Program-made: the position numbers and the translations under genes
Notes under the pieces: model-generated
What the model saw: the letters and a program-made list of their open reading frames with translations, nothing else
What the model was told of the DNA's origin: nothing
Databases searched by the model: none
Shown: positions 39,100 through 52,038 of the stretch, piece by piece
How positions within the stretch are numbered: position 1 is the stretch's first letter
How the letters are laid out: each line of letters starts with the position of its first letter
Assembly: GCF_006345805.1 (NCBI RefSeq)
Contig: NC_042998.1
Span: 13,764,001-13,828,000 of the forward strand
Reading direction: 5' to 3'
DNA length: 64,000 nt
Origin: Octopus sinensis
Lineage: Eukaryota

Positions 39100-41270
39100 T
39101 GTTCAACATCCACACATTTTAAATATTCAGTTAAATCTAGAGATTTTGGCGGAACAATTTGGCGGAACTATTTTGGCGGAACTACCTCTATGACTTGTCT
39201 CTGCATTCGATTGCAGATAATAACTGATTTTCAAGGCCGATGAAAGCTGGATGGCGGCACAAGAAAGAAATCCCCTGGGACATGATCGTGTGCTCCACGG
39301 GCTGTAGTTTAAACTGGGTGCCTCATAGCAAATAGCTATAGCTACTTGCACCAAAATTGGAACTCGTTCAGTCCTGCGAAACGACAGGTGGGAAGAGTTT
39401 TAAATATCTGTGTTCAGTAACTCTGATAAATTTTGAGCTGAAGATTTTGGTCAACGTGTAATCTTAAAGGTTACCAAATGTCCTCAATACTCTGATGGGA
39501 TAGAGATTGAAATACACCATCAGAAATATATACATACCCGGTAACTTCAAGCTCCCGTGACTCATTACACAAAAAGTGGGTCAGTAACATGGCATGGGTG
39601 AGTACTGCCGAATTTACATGAATCGACATTTTTCGTCTTCTTTAACTATCCATATATCGTAATCCTTCTCGCGATGCGTGACTTCAACTGTCTTGAAAAG
39701 TTTGATTGTTGCAATACACGGTGAAATCTGCTCGGTGGCCAGAGTTAACAGTTACGTGTCTGATCATTAAGTACTGTGCGTACGGCCCATTAAGAGACTC
39801 CATTGTCGACAACGTTGTGAATGCTGGTGCTTAAGTCTTTACTGTGGTATTTAGAATGAATTATTTGGTGAAAAGAATGTATATCAGAATATGCAGATGA
39901 TGTCACTGCAATAGTTTATCCCCGATCACATCGAGTTTAATCGCAATATTCTAAGTGAAACTAGGCGGTGACAGGAACACAATTTTACGAGGTGAAGTCA
40001 TTAACTACACGACTCGGCACATATTGAGATAGATTTATGCAACCAGCAACATTGCGTGGCACTGGTAGAGGGACCGGTTAAGAAGATCGGGTTTTATTTT
40101 GATACAGGTGTACAAGAACTGGATCAAGGCAAGGAGCAGGGCAGCGAGACTCAGCCAGAAAAAGGACCAGAAGAAATTATCCCTGGAGGATTGAACGGAC
40201 GTAGCGAATAGCGAATGCGTACTTTTTGTTCCTCCTCTATTGCCTAGCCGTCGTGAACTCCACTTCTTGGTTCACAAAAATGGAATGATTGCTCTTCCAC
40301 TTTCTTAGGAGTAGACTTGTCCCGCTGAGCAGACGTAGCTTTTGATGCCAAAGCCAGTATCTGGTAAGTGGACTACTGAGTATAACTTAGCTAATCACGC
40401 GAGACATGCACTGAGTCTATATCTCCAACATTTGACTTTGAAAATGCGAGGTCATCATTTGACAAACTACAACTCGCCTTCTTCACTGAGCTGTGAATAT
40501 ACAAGTCTACATCAAAGCAAGACACTTGGCATTTAGAATGTTGTCAATAATTGCAGTTCTCTGCCAGTAAGACAATACGTGATAAGTGCGTTTTATAGGA
40601 TATTAGCTTCATCGAAAACTCTAGTCGTCAATGACAATCAACTGGTTGTCGTGTTCCAGAGAAACTTAGTTTCAGGGCGTATGAATTTTCAGAAATTATT
40701 TGTCTGGACATCAGACATATCGTATTACTGGTTTGGGACAAATTCTACAGACACGTAGGTGTCGATAACCGAGCTTACAGGGGATGCGCACGGAGTGAGA
40801 AAGATGTTCGACTCTCATTCATGCAGGGTTTCAGCATTGCTCACTTGTCAAATAATATTGGGTATAAAGCAGATCTGGCTGCAAGTAGCCTCCATTTTCA
40901 GGATGCTCCCGCCGCTTACTTTTAGCTGGGATGGGTAGGCAGCGTCTCTGCTGGGTGACAATGCTGAAAGAGGATTTGTGATGAACATGAGTGAAAGGAC
41001 TGAAAACTGTCTTCCCCAACAAGCCTTCATGAACGTTTTCCGGATGAATCTGAAAAGCAAGGTTGTTTTGAGAGTGTGTTACTGCCAACCATGAAATCCG
41101 CTGAATGGTGGGTGACTGTGTTGAACATGGCACTAGTATGTGTGTGCCTACTCGAATCTGGCACCTGAAGGATGGAGAGAACTGAAGCAGTGTGTATATA
41201 CTCCCAATCTTTCCCTTTGTATTCAGAGTGAACTAGGTCGGTTGAATTCTTTATTCACACCAGGATGAAG
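39100..41270 (+). pseudogene. Decayed L1/Tx1-like LINE ORF2
   Basis: Motifs in the correct order: KSPGHD (~39268), TPLSTTL.MLVLKSLL (~39800), SEYADDVTAIV (YADD at 39890-39901), GPVKKIG, KLSLED, and DCVEH near 41115 (zinc-knuckle region); many disruptions. Confidence 0.75.
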
Positions 41271-43017
41271 CAAGATTGTATATAGCACGTAAATATGTCT
41301 GTAAGTATGTATGTATATATGTATGTGTATTTATGCATCTATGTATATATGTGTAAACATTTCATAAGAAAAATTTTCGTTATAACTTTTACATAGTCAA
41401 GAAATACCTTGTCACGCATGAGATCAAAATTAATCATTGTATCTGAGTAAATGCTGCAAAATAGCTTTTATACATAAGAAATACTTTTCAAAGTTTAGAA
41501 TCTAAGCATTTGTTAATTGTGATTTGTTTCACATCTTAAGCTTTCCAATGACAAAAGAAACTAAGAATCATTACTTAAAATAACAGCAAACATTGTGTCA
41601 GTAAATCAATCGATTACCGTAGCATATGAAAACAAACGAGGGACACATTATGAGATAAAAAATCAGGTGAATTATCAGTAAGATGGAACGATGTTCATTT
41701 GTCTCGCGTTTATATACTTGGCACATTAGTAACGAACTCCGTATCTATTTAACCCAGAGTTGAAAGAGTGCATTCAGTATCTTTTACTTATTGCTCTTTC
41801 AGTCTGATTATTAATTAATAAATGCACACATTATACTTTCTTTCTAATTTAGTAAAACCTAGAATTACTATCTGAGTGCAATATCGATAAATAACTCGGT
41901 AGCTCATACTAACAGAGAGATAATCAGTAATTATTTCGGCTGTGTTGATTATATGATAGCATACGCTCACTTTTCATTATTATTGTCAGTGCAGAATAAC
42001 TGATTTGTAAATTTGAAAACCCTGTAATTCGCAACACGTATTTCTCAATTCATTTTAAAATACGGATAATGCATTTTTTCGATTTTAAGTTAGATTGTAG
42101 GCTTCCTTAACTTTTAATCTTCTTTTCCATTTTATGAATAATAATTCCTAAACTAGGAGTCAGTCTCCAAGTGTTATTGATTTTGTTACGATCGATCCAG
42201 ATAATGGTCTGTCAAATACAATATGATCTACATTTATGAAAGCATTTCCACACGTAAGACATGATAATAATGGATCTGATCTAAATACTGCAATCAATTT
42301 GAATGCAGGAATTTCTTTTGTTATGGCAGACAGCTATCTCCATTGATATTCGCAATTATATTAGTATGGATATACCATCACGGATGTGTAATAGAAAACC
42401 CGAACACATTATTACATAAATTACTAAGAGATAACAACTACTGTCGCTGTCAACAGAGCCACATTAAATGAATCAGTAGACAACGATCTTCATCTGTTAC
42501 AAAGCAATGAAATTACTAAGCTCTCCCATACATTTTTAAAAAGATTATTCGTTTTCAAAGATATATTCCTCGGAGAGAAGGCTGACATTTGTAGAGTGCA
42601 GTATGCCATTGTAACAGCATATTATACCTACTAAATTCTCTAAATATCTAAAAGGTTAAAACTTACAACGTTTGGAGAGAAACGGGAAATGGAATGTAGA
42701 AAGTGTAAAGGCCAGTGACATGCTAGTACTTTAATAGCAGTACGTAGAAACCTGAAGGTCACTTTCTCGGTAATATTCGATTAAAAGAAAATGAAAGAAA
42801 ATCAGCGGGATGTAAACATTGCAAATTCCTCTTCTGCCTTGATACATTCGCTCTATGAATTTCTCTTTTTCATTTTTCATCGAATAATATTAATGCGTGT
42901 ACTTCTATATAAGCAATATATAGCGTTAAAATATGTCTGTGTGCGTGTGTGTGTGTATACATATAAATTATGTATACACACACATATATATATATGCACA
43001 CACACATATATATATGA

Positions 43018-43082
<65 letters not shown>

Positions 43083-43154
43083 CAGTGCCTCTCTCCCACT
43101 CACTCTCTCACCCTCTCTCTCTCTCTCTCTCACTCGCACACTGTATATATTACA

Positions 43155-43320
43155 TTTTCACTTGTTTCTGTCATCTGACTGCGTCCATGCTGGAGCACCA
43201 CCTTGGACCATTTTGGTGAAACAAATCCACCACAGACCTTCTTTTAAAGTCCTAATGCTTATTCTATTCGGCTCTTTGGCCGAACCGCTACGTCACAGGG
43301 ATGTAGACATACCAACACAC
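43155..43320 (-). mobile_element. SINE family B 3' half
   Basis: cttgtttctgtcatctgactgcgtccatgctggagcacc..gccgaaccgcta is the reverse complement of the family B tail. Confidence 0.75.
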
Positions 43321-43339
43321 ACTCGCACACAAACACACA

Positions 43340-43690
43340 TGCATCCCGCTCAAAAGGTCCCTGAATAAAGATTGTTTGAGGATGTTGAACGAACCACCCG
43401 TGTTTCTAAAGGTGAATTATCCAAACCTCTAAGAATTACATTCAACACACGGCTATGATGCTCCCCCACTACTTCTGCTTGTGATCAGAGATGCACATAT
43501 CGTCAGCCACTAAGGGACATGCTCAACTGGTTAAGGTCAAACAACTGTCAAGCAAATCTGTGGTATTGAGCAGAATATTTGCTGTAGCCCATTTTTTATA
43601 CCAAGACAAAACAATGTACATGATAACACTTCCAATCACTTAGGATCAGAAACCATGAGATCCATTGCCTGGTACTGCATCACGGCGTTT
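43340..43690 (+). mobile_element. Probable LINE 3' UTR ending in (ATT)n
   Basis: A discrete, higher-complexity block that runs directly into (ATT)n. No coding motif was seen and the family is unassigned. Confidence 0.35.
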
Positions 43691-43715
43691 ATTATTATTA
43701 TTATTATTATTATTA

Positions 43716-43764
<49 letters not shown>

Positions 43765-43846
43765 GTTATTATTATTATTTTATTGTTATTATTATTATTA
43801 TTATCATCATTACTACTACTACTACTACAACTACTACTACTACTAT

Positions 43847-43884
<38 letters not shown>

Positions 43885-43885
43885 T

Positions 43886-43941
<56 letters not shown>

Positions 43942-43942
43942 T
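43688..43942. repeat. (ATT)n-(ACT)n compound microsatellite
   Basis: Direct reading of the sequence. Confidence 0.95.
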
Positions 43943-44230
43943 TAAAAACTCTCGGGTTGTTCTTTACTTCAAACCAGGCAATAACAAATCACCAAAGGTT
44001 TCAATTACTGCCTTCTATGGCGACTCAACGTGAACATACTTTCCTTAGAATGCGAGCTGTCTTCTGGATGACTTCGAGCCTAACACCAGTTCCAATATTC
44101 TTAATATCTTTTCAGGGCAGTTGGAAACTATACCTAATGCTCCAATTACCACCGGTATCACCATTACTTTCCCCATGCCCCATAACTTTGCTATCTCGTC
44201 CCTATGTGTCCTTAAATTGCTATTAAAGTC
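43943..44230 (-). mobile_element. R4/Dong-clade non-LTR retrotransposon 3' end (RLE C-terminus)
   Basis: Minus strand: DEIAKLWGMGKVMVIPVVIGALGIV, a frameshift, then IQKTARILRKV*; a short UTR follows, then a (TAG)n/(TAA)n tail. Confidence 0.8.
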
Positions 44231-44519
44231 CTAACCACACACACACACACACACTCACTCACACACACACACACACACATGCACACACACACACACACAT
44301 ACACACGCATACACACGCGCGCGCACATTCGTTTTAACCCATGTAAACTGCAGCTATAAATCAGATAACCTGGTGTTTTGCTCCAAAATCTAAATTTTGA
44401 ATTTGCTTTCATTAGAAAATTAAACCTCAGATAAAATCATCTTTTCGCTTCGGAATACAACGTTGTTTTTTTTTGTTTTTATATTTTGTAAAGTTAAAAT
44501 TTCTGGTACATTTGTTGAT

Positions 44520-47500
44520 GCATGTAAGTAAACAGGGAGTATTTAATTGTTACCGTAATGGTATGGTTTCCTTGCCGAATCTACGAGAATATCATGACCA
44601 ATTAAAACAACTTTTGAAGAATACCGACATTGGAGGAATGAACTTTCGACAGAATACCACAAGCTATAATTCAATGTATTCCTTAGCCTCATTTGGAGCC
44701 AATGTTACATCACCCCCCTGGTTGTGGCTCATACTATTTCCACTTGCAAGGACAGGTCTATCATCAAGCAAGCAACTTGCATCCTGAAAACAATGAGCCT
44801 AGAAGATTTACTCAACTCTATATTGTTGATTCTAAAAAAGCCTTACAAAGAAGAGCTGAAGTGCTTGAAAATATTAATTGCAGGCATTCAATAATGGAAA
44901 ATATTTCTTCAGTCATGCAGAATAATCCATATACTGCTGCATATTTAAATATGCGCACTGTTGAATAAGATGAAGGAAAAAGAGCAACCAGAGAAAATGT
45001 TAATCCGAGGAAAGTAACTATACATTTCATATGAGGCTCAGATACCAGGATACACAATAACCCTGTTAATAAGGAAATTGAAGATGGTGCACCTCCAGTT
45101 CATCGTGGTATATTTATATATCCACGATGTGAACAAAGACAACAAATATCGTATCTCTCGCAGCATTTAGATCCCATGGTTTATCTAATACTATTTCCCA
45201 ATGGAGAATGTGGTTGGCACGTCAGTATGGAACGTGTCCAACAGAGGCAAACAAGAGTTCGCAATAAAGTCGCAATGCAACAATACTATTGCTATCGTTT
45301 AGCAATAAGTACCATTCACAAATCAGGCAAAGCTATTTCAGCGGTATATTGTTGATGCTTATGTTAAAGTAGAAGGTTGTCGTCCGTATTATATCAGAGA
45401 GCATCAAAATGAATTAAGTGTTGCCTTATATTCAGGGCTCATGGACCACTTGGGGCTGAAATAATTATGATAGAGATAAGATACTGGTGTCCCTGTTATT
45501 CTTCCATCTTCATTTACAGGTAGTGCAAGAAAAATTCATAACAGGATGCCATGTCCATTGTTTGTAAATATGGGAAACCTGATTTAGTTTAAACTTTTAC
45601 TTGCAATCCAAGATGACCTGATATTACAAACAACTTGGGACCCACCGAAATAGCTCAAAATAGGTCGGACTTAATGTCACGTGTGTATAAAGCGCATCTT
45701 AATGAAATGTTAACTGATATTAAAGACAGATATGATCTGGGGTTTCCTGTTGCTCACATTCACGTTATTGAATTTCCAAAACGAGGTTTGCCACATTGTC
45801 AGGTTCTAATTATGTTACGGGAACAAGATAAACAAAGGACACGGGAACAAATTGATTCTCTTGTAACTGCTGAAATCCCTGACAGAAACGAAGCCCTTCT
45901 TCGTGAATTAGTCACGTTTCTGATGATTCACGGACCTTGTGGAACACATAATCCGGGTTTTGTTTGTATGGTAAACGGACAATATCAAAAGAATTTTCCT
46001 AAAGAATTTCGGGAAGAAACTATAGCAAAAGTAAATGGATAACCAGCGTAGAAACGAAGAAATAATGGGGATTCAGTTAGTGTTGGAAATGGCATTGCCG
46101 ACAATAGATTTGTAGTGCCTTTCAATAAATACTTACTAAAGAAATAACGAGCTCAGATTAACTTGGAAAACTGTTCATCGGTTAAAGGCACACAATATAT
46201 TTTTAAGTATGTTTATAAAGGACATGGCTGTGAAGAGATAGAATTTATTTCAGTGCATCAAAATGGCAATGATAGTGGAGAAATAAGACCGCATCAGCAG
46301 TATGATGAAATAAAACAATTCTTATCTCGTGGATATGATTCCACCTCTAAATCAAAGTGGCGCCGCTCCAACTATCCTATGATTAGCTAATCTCATACTG
46401 TGTATCGTCCTGCCGTACATTTTCCAGGTGAACAGAGAGTGTATCATCGATAGGGTGAGCAACAAGGAGCAGTCGACAGAACTCGAGAACGTGACAAAAC
46501 ATTAACTGCTTGGTTCAAATTAAACCAATATGGTATAAATGCACGCCCGTTTTTGTATTGCGAAATTCCTGAACACTACGTATTCAATAAGAAAAACAGA
46601 TGTTGGACACACAGACAACGAGCATGCAGTATTGTCAGCGGAATGTACTCTGTGAGTCGAAGAGTTGATGAAAAGTTTCATTTGAAGCTGTTGTTACTTC
46701 ATGTTCCTGGAGCCACATCCTATGAGGACATAAATCGGTAGGAGAAATTTTACCATCATTTAAAGAAGCCTGCATTAGAGGAAGGTCATTGGAAAATGAT
46801 GAAGAACTAATAAATACTTTCAGAGAGGCAGTAGCATTTAGAATGCCACGTCGGCTACTCAATTTGTTTACCATGACTTGCTTATTTAATCATCCCCGAA
46901 ATGCCCTTCAAATATGGAATAATTACAAAGAAAACATGATTGGGCATTTAGTTATAGGGCACGATGCAACCACTACCGAAAATTTGGCTTTACATTCATT
47001 GAGTGGCGTATTCAGAGAACACGGAACCTCTTGCAGCACGTTTGGTTTGCCAGAACCGATTGGACAAACATTTACACAGGATAAAGATGTGCCCATTGAA
47101 CCTGCTAATATAAGTGCGTTAAATCACGAACAGCTTCGAGTGCTACACATTGTAATGGACGCTGTTGCCGCAGTCGATAGAAGCCAACTACAAAATGGAA
47201 ATTGATTCTATCTAGTAGTTCTGGAAAAATTATCTTTTCAATATGTTACAACGTCATCTTACTGCTAACGGAATTACTGTAAGCATGGCAGCATGGACAT
47301 GTATAGCTACTACATTATTGACAAATGACAAAATTATTCTCAGCACATTTAAGTTACCAGTGCCACTTACAGAAGATAGTGCTTGCAATGTAGCATCAGA
47401 TTCAGAACACGCTATCGAACTTAGATGCATCCAAGTTTTTATAGCAGATGAAGCATCAATGATTTCCAACTATGCTTTTAATGCCATAAATAGGTGCCTA

Positions 47501-48490
47501 AAAGACATAAGGAGGAAAAATAATTCTACTTGGAAGCGATTTCAGACAAACTCCTCCAATTGTTCTCCGAGCTCCCCCAACAGTTATCATTGACACATGC
47601 ATTAAAAGATCACATTTATGACTTCATTTTCATCACCTTAGGTTAACTCGAAATATGAGGGCAGATGTTAATGAACAAGAATTTTCTAAGTGGCTACTTT
47701 CACTTGGTAATGGTTCCCTAAACGTTGTACTCCAAGATGTTCCACTACATATTGTTGACGTACCTACTGCTTCCTGCTATCAAACATCACTTATTTCAGA
47801 AATTGTCAACTATTGCACGCCAGAAGAAATGGAAAAAAGAGTAATTGTATCTCCTAAAATTTCTGACTGTCTGGCAATAACTGAAAAAGTTCTTAATATT
47901 ATACCAGAGGCAATTAAAATGTACTTAAGCACAGATTCAGTGTCCTCCAATAACGAAGAGGAAGTTCAGAACTATCCATTTGAATTCATAAAGTGACTCA
48001 CTCCATCCGGTATGCCACTTCATCGCCTCATCTTAAAAGTAGGGGCTATTGTAATGCTGCTAATAAAATTTTCGATCAGTCAAGGATTATGTAATGGAAC
48101 TCGTATGAAAGTGCAAACACCTGATGAATTTTTTGTAGAGGCATCTTTGGTCACAGGCTCCAACAAATGTCGTACAGTTCTAATTCCCAGAATTGAACTT
48201 AGCCCAAGTGATGCAAATATTCCATTCACACTAAACATACTTCAGCTTCACTTCGACTTGCATATTAAATGACAATTAATAAAGCTCAAGGGAAAACATT
48301 TGAAAAAGTTGGAATATATTTGCCTCAGCCGGTATTTTCTCATGGTCTATTATATTTCGAATTTTCAAGAGCACGAGCTATGAACAATATCAAAGTAAGA
48401 GTTGTGACACTCAGTCAGGAAAACAGACAAGGCCAAAAACGTTGTGTGACATACACACAAAACATTGTCTATCATGAAGCACTGTGCGGA
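44520..48490 (+). pseudogene. Helitron Rep/Pif1-helicase (RepHel) pseudogene
   Basis: Rep: YNSMYSLASFGA, GKPDL..FTCNP, HVIEFPKRGLPHC (HUH region), MIHGPCG, KYVYKGH. Helicase: IADEASM, MRAD, GLCNGTRM, MTINKAQGKTFEKVGIYLPQPVFSHG. Numerous stops and frameshifts; termini not found. Confidence 0.95.
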
Positions 48491-48675
48491 AGATCACCGA
48501 ACCAGCTAGCATCACCAGCACACCAACCGCTCCATCATTACATATCCGCATTACACCTTTAAGATCGGCAGGAACTCTCTCGGTATACAAACAAACCACA
48601 AAATCGCACCTGCCAGCGTCACCACTACATCTAAGCCCATCATATGTATATATATATATATATATGTGTGTGTGT

Positions 48676-48730
<55 letters not shown>

Positions 48731-48774
48731 TATGTATATGTGTATGTATTATGTACGTATGTGTGTATGTATGT

Positions 48775-48975
48775 GTGTATGTGTTTGTCCCACCAGAAAC
48801 CATTGCTTTACAACCGATGTTGGTGTGTTTGCGTCCCTGTAAGTTAGCTGTTCAGCTGAAGAGACTAGAGAATAAGCATCAGGCTTACAGGGAAATGTCC
48901 AGGGTTCAATTTCTCCGATTAACAAGTGGTGCTCTAGCATGGCCACCGTCAAATGATTGAAACAAGTAAAATAAT
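48775..48975 (+). mobile_element. SINE family B 3' half
   Basis: gtgtttgtccc..ccgatgttggtgtgttt..gtggtgctctagcatggcc..gaaacaagtaaaa. Confidence 0.7.
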
Positions 48976-49540
48976 TTTTTTTTAAATACCAGGAAAACGT
49001 TCTGTAACACTGATCCAAGAAGGTTCTTTGAACATGTAGGATGTATTTTAAGGTTAAATAGTTATTTTGGTTGGGTTATATAGTCATTGATGTTACGTTA
49101 ATTTCTATATTCTGTAACTGCCACAATATACTTTTCTAGGCCTGACATTTTTGTAGGGAGGGGGCCAGTTGTTTAGATCGACTGCAGTACACAACTGGTA
49201 CTTAATCTATCGTTCCCGAAAGGACGGAAGGCAAAGTCGAACTCGGCAGAATTTTAACTCAGTACATGAAGACAGTCGTGCATAATATACAAACATTTTT
49301 CATGGCACAAGTAGATTTTTTACAGATGCTTACATTTTTCATGGGCCCAGCTAGTTATTATTATATTTAGAGCTTTCTTGGAACTAGACTTTTGGTCTCT
49401 CGCAATAGTAGGGCCTCCATCTGCATCCTACGGACCGTGCTTTGTGTTGCTATCGACTATCTTTTGGTTTCCTAATGTTCCTAATCTCACTCTGTCTCTC
49501 TGTTTCTGTCTGTCTCTCTATCTCTATCTGTCTGTCTGTC

Positions 49541-49612
<72 letters not shown>

Positions 49613-49647
49613 CATACACACTCATCTGTCTGTCTATCTCTAGAAAG

Positions 49648-49682
<35 letters not shown>

Positions 49683-50696
49683 GTATATATTAGATTCGCT
49701 CTCTATCATAATATCTTGCCAAACAAATGATAAGTTGATAAATTAGAAGATACCGAAGAAAATGCAGTCTTGGAAAATGTATTTACGGAACATTTGCAGT
49801 CGAGAAAGAGAAAAAGAATGAACGTTTTAATTCGTAATTAGGTAGACTTTCCCGCCGGCTGCTTTGAATTGGCAACAAGTTTTATTTAAAGATAGATAAG
49901 ACGAATATAGTATATGGTGCCATAATATATCATACGTTAGAAAGAAATAAAAAAAATCAACAAGGAAGTAGTTGTAAACAGCAGCAATTACCAATGAGTG
50001 AAGAAATAAACAGGAGCAAAATGTCTGAGAAATCAAATATTATTTGAAGTAGTTCAGCCTAAGATATATACCACAAATTACGAAACGGAATTTAAAGTCA
50101 AACATAGCATGTTTTGAAATTAACTAATTTACAAGCTGAGAAAATATCATTAACATTTATAAGTTTAATTACAGGAGAAATGTTCAGACTGGCAGAAATG
50201 AGACAAATTTTAGGTAAAATTTGCAGTGTCTCAGATATTTTTGATGACAAATTTAGAAGCAGGATACAAGGCATACAGGGAAAAAGTCCAGTGTTCAACT
50301 TCTTCGACTAACGAGTGGTGCTCAAGCATGGCCACCGTCAAATAATGATTGAAAGAAGTAAAAGAATTTTAAAGAAATACCAGAAAAACGTTATGTACCA
50401 CTGACCCAAGAAGGTCCTCTGAATATCTACGATGTATTTTAAGGTTAAATAGTTATTTTGTGTAATTGAGATATTTTGGTTGGATTATATAGTAATTGGT
50501 GTTACGTTAATTTCTACATTCTGTAACTGTTACAATATGCTTTTACATGCCTGAACGTTTTGTAGGGAGGGGGCCAGTTGATTAGATCGACCCCAGTACA
50601 CAACTGGTACTTAATTTATCGTTCCCAAAAGGACGAAAGGCAAAGTCGAACTCGGCACAATTTTAACTCAGAACGTGAAGACAGGCGTGCATAATA
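48880..50696. repeat. Local ~410-bp direct duplication (48880-49287 and 50268-50696)
   Basis: Both copies carry a SINE B tail, the same unique spacer and a minus-strand SINE A-related fragment, and end in gtgcataata. Confidence 0.9.
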
Positions 50697-50933
50697 AAAT
50701 TTGCAATGTCTTAGATATTCATGATGACAAATTAGAAGCATAAAATTCAAGGCATGAAATTGGAGTAAGAAGAAGAATATGTCATTATTTACTATGCACG
50801 CAGATTTTAAGGGAGGGATCTTAATCGATAATATCAGTTTGAGTTTGAATTTCGAAAAAAAGCTAGCAAATAGGGTGCCGAAAGAGATCAAAGAGGGTGC
50901 CGACAGAGATCAAAGAGGGTGACGACAGAGGGT

Positions 50934-51298
50934 CATTCCAGACATTCCAGGCATTCTTGACATCCCTGACATTCCAGACATTCCTGACATTCCAGTCATT
51001 CTTGACTTTCTGACATTCCATACATTCTTGACATTCCTGACATTCCTGACATTCCAGATATTCCTACATTTCAGACATTCCTGACATTCCAGACATTCTA
51101 GACATTCCTGACATTCCAGACATTCTAGACATTCCTGACATTCCAGACATTCCTACATTTCAGACATTCATGACATTCCAGACATTATAGACATTCCAGA
51201 CATTCTTGATATCCCTGATATTCCAGACATTCCAGACATTCCTGATATTCCAGACATTCCTGACATTCCAGACATTCCCGACATTCCAGGCATTCTTG
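50934..51298. repeat. 9-bp minisatellite (GACATTCCA/GACATTCCT)n
   Basis: Roughly 40 units read directly, with variants. Confidence 0.95.
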
Positions 51299-51309
51299 TT
51301 CCGACAGTG

Positions 51310-51692
51310 TTCAAAGACGGTGCCGTAAGAGATCAAAGAGTGTGCAGAAAGAGCTCAAAGAGGGTGCAGAAAGAGCTCAAAGAGTGTGCAGAAAGAGCTC
51401 AAAGAGGGTGCAGAAAGAGCTCAAAGAGGATGCAGAAAGAGATCAAAGAGGGTGCAGAAAGAGCTCAAAGAGTGTGCAGAAAGAGCTCAAAGAGGGTGCA
51501 GAAAGAGCTCAAAGAGGGTGCAGAAAGAGATCAAAGAGGGTGCAGAAAGAGCTCAAAGAGTGTGCAGAAAGAGATCAAAGAGTGTGCAGAAAGAGCTCAA
51601 AGAGGGTGCAGAAAGAGCTCAAAGAGGGTGCAGAAAGAGATCAAAGAGTGTGCAGAAAGAGCTCAAAGAGGGTGCCGAAAGAGATCAAAGAA
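51310..51692. repeat. 22-bp minisatellite (GAAAGAGCTCAAAGAGGGTGCA)n
   Basis: About 17 units; related units also occur at 50870-50932. Confidence 0.95.
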
Positions 51693-51978
51693 GAGTGCCG
51701 ATTTTATCGACCTTTGTGATTTCGGTTTCAGTCCCAATATGATGCCATTGTGGTAAGTGTACAATGCTATAGCCGCGGCCCAAATAAAGACTTATTAGTG
51801 AAATTTGTTGACGGAAACTGAAAGACGTCCGTCGTAAATAACTGTGTCTTTGTATTTGATCCCAAACCACAGCTTGACAACTGGCATTTTTGTTTTGTTT
51901 ACAGCCCTGTAAGCTAACGGTACCGCAAAAATATAGTGATGGAATGTGCATCAGACAATAAACAAAATAGATTCAATG

Positions 51979-52038
<60 letters not shown>

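Noticed and set aside
39145-39185. Three TTTGGCGGAAC repeats resembling E2F sites
   Set aside because: They lie inside a LINE remnant; slippage is the simpler explanation and there is no promoter evidence.
51307-51756. Repetitive K/E/R-rich ORFs; CRISPR-like appearance
   Set aside because: Produced by a 22-bp tandem unit open in all frames; no unique spacers and no cas genes.
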